A program made the position numbers and the translations under genes. The notes below the pieces were generated by a model. The model saw only the letters and a list, made by a program, of their open reading frames with translations. It was not told the origin of the DNA and made no database searches. A DNA stretch of 32,000 nt from Halomonas socia. Lineage in GTDB: Bacteria > Pseudomonadota > Gammaproteobacteria > Pseudomonadales > Halomonadaceae. Below, piece by piece: positions 28,065 to 32,000 of this stretch (the stretch's first letter is position 1; each line of letters opens with the position of its first letter). Location: NCBI GenBank assembly GCA_039725535.1, contig CP049827.1, forward strand, positions 2,224,556-2,256,555, written 5' to 3'.

Positions 28065-29453
28065 ATGCACGCACTGCTGGAGAAGATCGCCGCCATCGTC
28101 GGCGACGCTCATGTGCTGACCGGCGAAGCGGTCACCGGTCGCGCGGTGGACTGGATGACCGGCGCCCCCTGCCAGGCGGCGGCCATCGTGCGCCCGGCCA
28201 GCACCGAGGAAGTCGCCGCGGTCATGCGCGCCTGCCACGCGGCGCGCCAGCCGGTGGTCACCCATGGCGGCCTGACCGGCCTGGTACACGGCGCCGAGGC
28301 CGGCGACGATGAGCTGGTCATCTCGCTGGAGCGCATGGCCGCCATCGAGGCCCTCGACCCGGTGGGCGCGACGCTCACCGCTCAGGCCGGCGCACCGCTG
28401 CAGCGCGTCCAGGAGGTCGCCGAAGAGGCCGGCCTGCAGTTCGCTCTCGACCTCGGCGCCCGCGGCAGTTGCACCATCGGCGGCAATATCGCCACCAACG
28501 CCGGCGGCATCCGTGTGATCCGCTACGGCATGATGCGCCAGCAGGTGCTGGGGCTGGAGGCGGTACTCGCCGACGGCAGCGTGGTCAGCTCGATGAACCA
28601 CATGCTCAAGAACAACGCCGGCTACGACCTCAAGCAGCTGTTCATCGGCAGCGAGGGCACCCTGGGTATCGTCACGCGTGCCGTGCTGCGCCTGCAGCCG
28701 CCCACGCCTGCCGTGCAGACCGCGCTGGTCGCCTGCCCCAACTTTTCCGCGCTGACCGCGCTGCTCGGCCACCTCGGCCGTGCCCTGGGCGGCAGCCTCG
28801 CTGCCTTCGAGGCGATGTGGCAGAGCCACTACCGACTGCTGACCGTGGAGAGCCAGCGCCACGTGCCGCCGCTGGCACCGGATGCACCTTTCTATGCCAT
28901 CGTCGAGTCGCTGGGCAGTGACCCCGACAGCCACGCCGCGCAGTTCGCCCAGGCCCTGGAAACGGCCCTCAAGCAGGAATTGATCAGCGATGCGGTGCTG
29001 ACCCACTCCGACAATCAACGCCAGGGGCTATGGGCCATCCGCGAGGACATCGAGGGGCTGATCCAGGGTCTCTCGCCGCTGTTCACCTTCGATGTCAGCC
29101 TGCCGATCGCCGAGATGGAGGGCTATGTCAGCAACGTCGAGGCGGCGATCCACCGCGACTGGCCCGAGGGCCGGGTGGTCACCTTCGGCCACCTCGGCGA
29201 CGGCAACCTGCACCTCTCGGTGGGCGTCGGCAGCCAGGACCCGGCCACCCGGCGCACGGTGGAGCGGCACGTCTATGCGCCCCTGGCCGCACTAGGCGGC
29301 TCGGTCTCCGCCGAGCATGGCATCGGCCTCGAGAAGCGCGACTACCTGCCGCTCTCACGCAGCCGGGAAGAGCTCGCCCTGATGCGCACCCTCAAGCAGG
29401 CCATGGATCCCCATGGGCTGCTCAACCGTCATAAGGTCGTGGCGTACGACTGA
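28065..29453 (+). CDS. FAD-binding oxidoreductase (GlcD / D-2-hydroxyacid dehydrogenase family)
   Basis: 462 aa from ATG 28065 (AAGGAG SD). FAD_binding_4-type N-terminal domain and a C-terminal ...SAEHGIGLEKR... motif. Confidence 0.85.
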   Translation: MHALLEKIAAIVGDAHVLTGEAVTGRAVDWMTGAPCQAAAIVRPASTEEVAAVMRACHAARQPVVTHGGLTGLVHGAEAGDDELVISLERMAAIEALDPVGATLTAQAGAPLQRVQEVAEEAGLQFALDLGARGSCTIGGNIATNAGGIRVIRYGMMRQQVLGLEAVLADGSVVSSMNHMLKNNAGYDLKQLFIGSEGTLGIVTRAVLRLQPPTPAVQTALVACPNFSALTALLGHLGRALGGSLAAFEAMWQSHYRLLTVESQRHVPPLAPDAPFYAIVESLGSDPDSHAAQFAQALETALKQELISDAVLTHSDNQRQGLWAIREDIEGLIQGLSPLFTFDVSLPIAEMEGYVSNVEAAIHRDWPEGRVVTFGHLGDGNLHLSVGVGSQDPATRRTVERHVYAPLAALGGSVSAEHGIGLEKRDYLPLSRSREELALMRTLKQAMDPHGLLNRHKVVAYD

Positions 29454-29491
29454 ACACCGCCACCTCGTATCACGCTTTTTTGGAGTCACCC

Positions 29492-30598
29492 ATGCCCCGC
29501 TTTCCCGACCACCTCAGCGGTGACGGCCCCCACAACCCCTTCCCGGGCGTACGCGTGCTGGAGCGCCGCCTGGGACGCGGTATCCCTCATCAGTTGGGCT
29601 CCAACGAGGGCCTCGACATGCCCCATCGCGCGCTGCGTGAGCACTTCGGCGACGCCATGGCCGAGCACGTCTACAGCTACGGCGACGCCGAGGCGCTGGG
29701 CATCCGCCAGCGGCTGGCCGAGCAGCAAGGCATTGCGCTGGACGCCATGCTGGTCGACGCCGGCGCCGACAGCCTGATCGCGCTGGCACTGCGCGCTACC
29801 CTGGTGTTCGGCGAGTGCGTGGTGGGCACCGCCGGCACCTACCCCACCTTCGGCTACTTTGCCCGCGGCCAGGGCTGCCGGCTGGTGGAAGTGCCCTACG
29901 ACGAGGGGCCCGGCCGCCTGGCCCCCGACCTCGACGCCCTGGCCCGCGCCGCCCATGATCACCAGGCGCGGCTGGTGTATCTCGCCAACCCCGACAACCC
30001 CAGCGGCCACCTGCACAGTGACGACGCCATCCTGACGCTGCGGGCGGCCCTGCCCGACGACTGCTGGCTGCTGCTCGACGAGGCCTATTACGACTTCCGC
30101 GAGGACGCCGGCGGCGAGTTCGGGCGCCGCGTACTGCCCGGGGTGATTCGCCTGCGCACCCTCTCCAAGGCCCACGGGCTGGCCGGGCTGCGGGTCGGCT
30201 ACGCCATCGCCGAACCCGAGACCCTAGCGGTGATGATGAAGGTACGGATTCACTATGCGGTGTCGACACTGACCCAGGCCGCCGCCGAAGTGGTGCTGGA
30301 TGCCCCGCAGGAGAGCGATGCCCACGTCAACGCCGTCCGCGTGCGTCGCGCGCGGCTCAGCGAGCACTTCCGCGCGCTGGGCGCCGACGTGCTGCCCAGC
30401 GCCACCAACTTCGTCGGCCTGCGCCTGCCCAGCGCCGAGCTCGCCGGGCGCGTGCATCGCGAGATGCTCGAGGCCGGCAAGCTGATCGCCCGTCCCGCCG
30501 ACCCGGCGCTGGGCCACGTGCTGCGCATCACCGCGGTGGAGAACGCCCTGGCACCGGGCCAACTGGCCATCCTGGAGCAAGCCCTGACGACAGGCTGA
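29492..30598 (+). CDS. PLP-dependent aminotransferase, class I/II (histidinol-phosphate aminotransferase family)
   Basis: 368 aa from ATG 29492 (GGAG SD). PLP-lysine motif RTLSKAHGLAGLRVGY. NPDNPSG motif. Confidence 0.82.
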   Translation: MPRFPDHLSGDGPHNPFPGVRVLERRLGRGIPHQLGSNEGLDMPHRALREHFGDAMAEHVYSYGDAEALGIRQRLAEQQGIALDAMLVDAGADSLIALALRATLVFGECVVGTAGTYPTFGYFARGQGCRLVEVPYDEGPGRLAPDLDALARAAHDHQARLVYLANPDNPSGHLHSDDAILTLRAALPDDCWLLLDEAYYDFREDAGGEFGRRVLPGVIRLRTLSKAHGLAGLRVGYAIAEPETLAVMMKVRIHYAVSTLTQAAAEVVLDAPQESDAHVNAVRVRRARLSEHFRALGADVLPSATNFVGLRLPSAELAGRVHREMLEAGKLIARPADPALGHVLRITAVENALAPGQLAILEQALTTG

Positions 30599-30604
30599 GC
30601 GTGC

Positions 30605-30823
30605 TCAGCAGCGTCCCTTCTTGCGCTGGCCCGGCGGGCAGAAACCACCGCGGCGACGGTCGTCATAGTGGTAGTAGTGGTGGGACTGCCGGCTGCTACG
30701 ATGGTGGCGATGATCGCGGCCATCGATCTCGATCAGCGGTTCGGGGGTGATCCGCGCCGGCGAGTAGCTGCAGCCGGCCAGGGTCAGTGCCACGGCAGCA
30801 ATCGTCAGGGGTAACAGTCGCAT
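30605..30823 (-). CDS. small lipoprotein, His/Tyr/Arg-rich (72 aa)
   Basis: Lipobox signal peptide MRLLPLTIAAVALTLAGC. GAGG SD 7 nt upstream. Mature part DGRDHRHHRSSRQSHHYYHYDDRRRGGFCPPGQRKKGRC. No family recognised. Confidence 0.5.
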   Translation of the reverse strand: MRLLPLTIAAVALTLAGCSYSPARITPEPLIEIDGRDHRHHRSSRQSHHYYHYDDRRRGGFCPPGQRKKGRC

Positions 30824-31015
30824 GGTCTTGCCTCATGAGGATAAGGAAACGGTCCGTTATCCCCTTCGCTCCCGGTTCGGCCTGCATCTCGGTCCCCCTT
30901 GGGGTCGCGCCTCTGATGGGCGGGCAGGCTCGAACAGCGTTCATTAATTACTATATCCGATCCCTCCCGCCGCCAAGCAGGCAGAATATGAAAACAATAA
31001 GACGCTTGGGGCTGC

Positions 31016-31900
31016 TCAGGCGTTGTAGACAACCTCCCCCAGCTCGCCGAGGTCATACCCTCCGGCCCGCGCCGCCCAATCCCGGCAACGCGGCTCGCGG
31101 GCGAAGCGCATCAGCCGCTGCAGCGGCGCCTCGAAGTAGCTACGGCGGCGCATCAGCAGGTCAAAGCACTCATCGTGCAGGCCGATGAAATCGAGCCCAT
31201 GACGCCGGGCCGCCGCCTCCACCCCAAGCCCCGCATCGGCATCCCCACGGCGCACCGCCAACGCCAGATCATCTTCGCTCAGTGCCACGTCGGCACTCAG
31301 CGACAGCGTCTCCAGACGCATGCCGGCGCGCGTCAGCAGCAGCGTCAAGAGTCGCTCGGCGCCGGCATCCGGCTGGCGATGGGCCAGCACCACCTGGGGC
31401 CTAGCCAGGTCGGCGAGCCCGGCAATACCCAGCGGATTGCCGGGGGCCAGCATCAGCCCCTGGCGGCGCCGTGCCCAGCGGATCGCCACCAGGTCGCGCA
31501 TCCCGCCTAGCCCCAGCGCCAGCGGATCATTGTAGCGGCCACTCTCGGCATCCAGCAGATGCACGCCGGCCACCAGCGCCTGCCCCGCCAGCAGCCGGCG
31601 CACGCCGTCGCCGCTGCCGTGGCACAGCGTCGCCAGCTGCGAGCCCGACTCGCGCACCGCCCACTCCAGCAGCGGGTCCTGGCTGCCGGCGAGGATCGCC
31701 GCCAGCGGCTCGCGGCTACGCTGGTCGCCCTCCAGATGATTCATCAGCCACAGGTCCAGCGCCTGGCGCGGAAACAGCAGCTTGCCGGTCACCCGGGTGC
31801 AGGGGACCAGTTTCTGGCGAACCAGGTCGTAGAGCTTGCGCTCCTTGAGGCGCAGGTAATCGGCGGCCTCGCGGGTGGTGAGGTAGGCGTGGGCGGTCAT
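31016..31900 (-). CDS. helix-turn-helix (excisionase/MerR-type) regulator fused to a periplasmic-binding-protein-like domain
   Basis: 294 aa from ATG 31900. N-terminal YLTTREAADYLRLKERKLYDLVRQKLVPCTRVTGKLLFPRQALDLWL is an excisionase-type HTH. The remainder resembles a PBP-like ligand-binding domain. The longer ORF start (31981) was judged less likely. Confidence 0.7.
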   Translation of the reverse strand: MTAHAYLTTREAADYLRLKERKLYDLVRQKLVPCTRVTGKLLFPRQALDLWLMNHLEGDQRSREPLAAILAGSQDPLLEWAVRESGSQLATLCHGSGDGVRRLLAGQALVAGVHLLDAESGRYNDPLALGLGGMRDLVAIRWARRRQGLMLAPGNPLGIAGLADLARPQVVLAHRQPDAGAERLLTLLLTRAGMRLETLSLSADVALSEDDLALAVRRGDADAGLGVEAAARRHGLDFIGLHDECFDLLMRRRSYFEAPLQRLMRFAREPRCRDWAARAGGYDLGELGEVVYNA

Positions 31901-32000
31901 GGCAAGCCTTGTCGGGCGGTCAAGTGGCAAATTACTGCGTAAGACTGCATTGATTACAGCACATGATGCATACAACGGCATAACGGCACATCATGCAGCG

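Overview
High-GC gammaproteobacterial chromosome segment. The GroEL, FxsA and TrmJ proteins and their synteny look Halomonas/Oceanospirillales-like, but this is inference only. No rRNA, tRNA or CRISPR array was seen.

Layout, left to right:
- An SDR oxidoreductase, then fxsA and groES-groEL, each behind a sigma-32-type promoter candidate.
- A 5.6-kb composite mobile insertion placed exactly at the groEL stop codon, followed by the displaced groEL terminator (9516-9549) and trmJ.
- A tightly packed 8-gene minus-strand operon: TRAP transporter, HDAC-type amidohydrolase, RidA, OCD-family enzyme, DadA-like dehydrogenase and IlvE-like aminotransferase.
- An SDR, a CaiB-type CoA-transferase and a truncated HMG-CoA-lyase remnant.
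- A GntR-associated cluster: M20 deacylase, Dpp/Gsi-type ABC importer, GlcD-like FAD oxidoreductase and HisC-like aminotransferase.
- A small His/Tyr/Arg-rich lipoprotein and an HTH-plus-PBP regulator.

The insertion is a group II intron. It starts with GUGCG at 3863, has domain V at 9404-9437, a domain VI branch A at 9472, and ends at 9478. Its RT-maturase-HNH protein (7345-9000) is intact. Ribozyme domain I is interrupted by a complete IS66-family element (4527-6987; tnpA, tnpB, tnpC; 8-bp target duplication GTCTAACC).

Two features of the intron remain unexplained:
- About 400 nt of structured non-coding sequence lies between the 5' splice site and a second GUGCGA.
- A well-initiated 99-aa Cys-rich ORF (9059-9358) sits in domain IV downstream of the RT gene.

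The nested mobile-element architecture and this extra intron cargo are the most interesting parts of the window.
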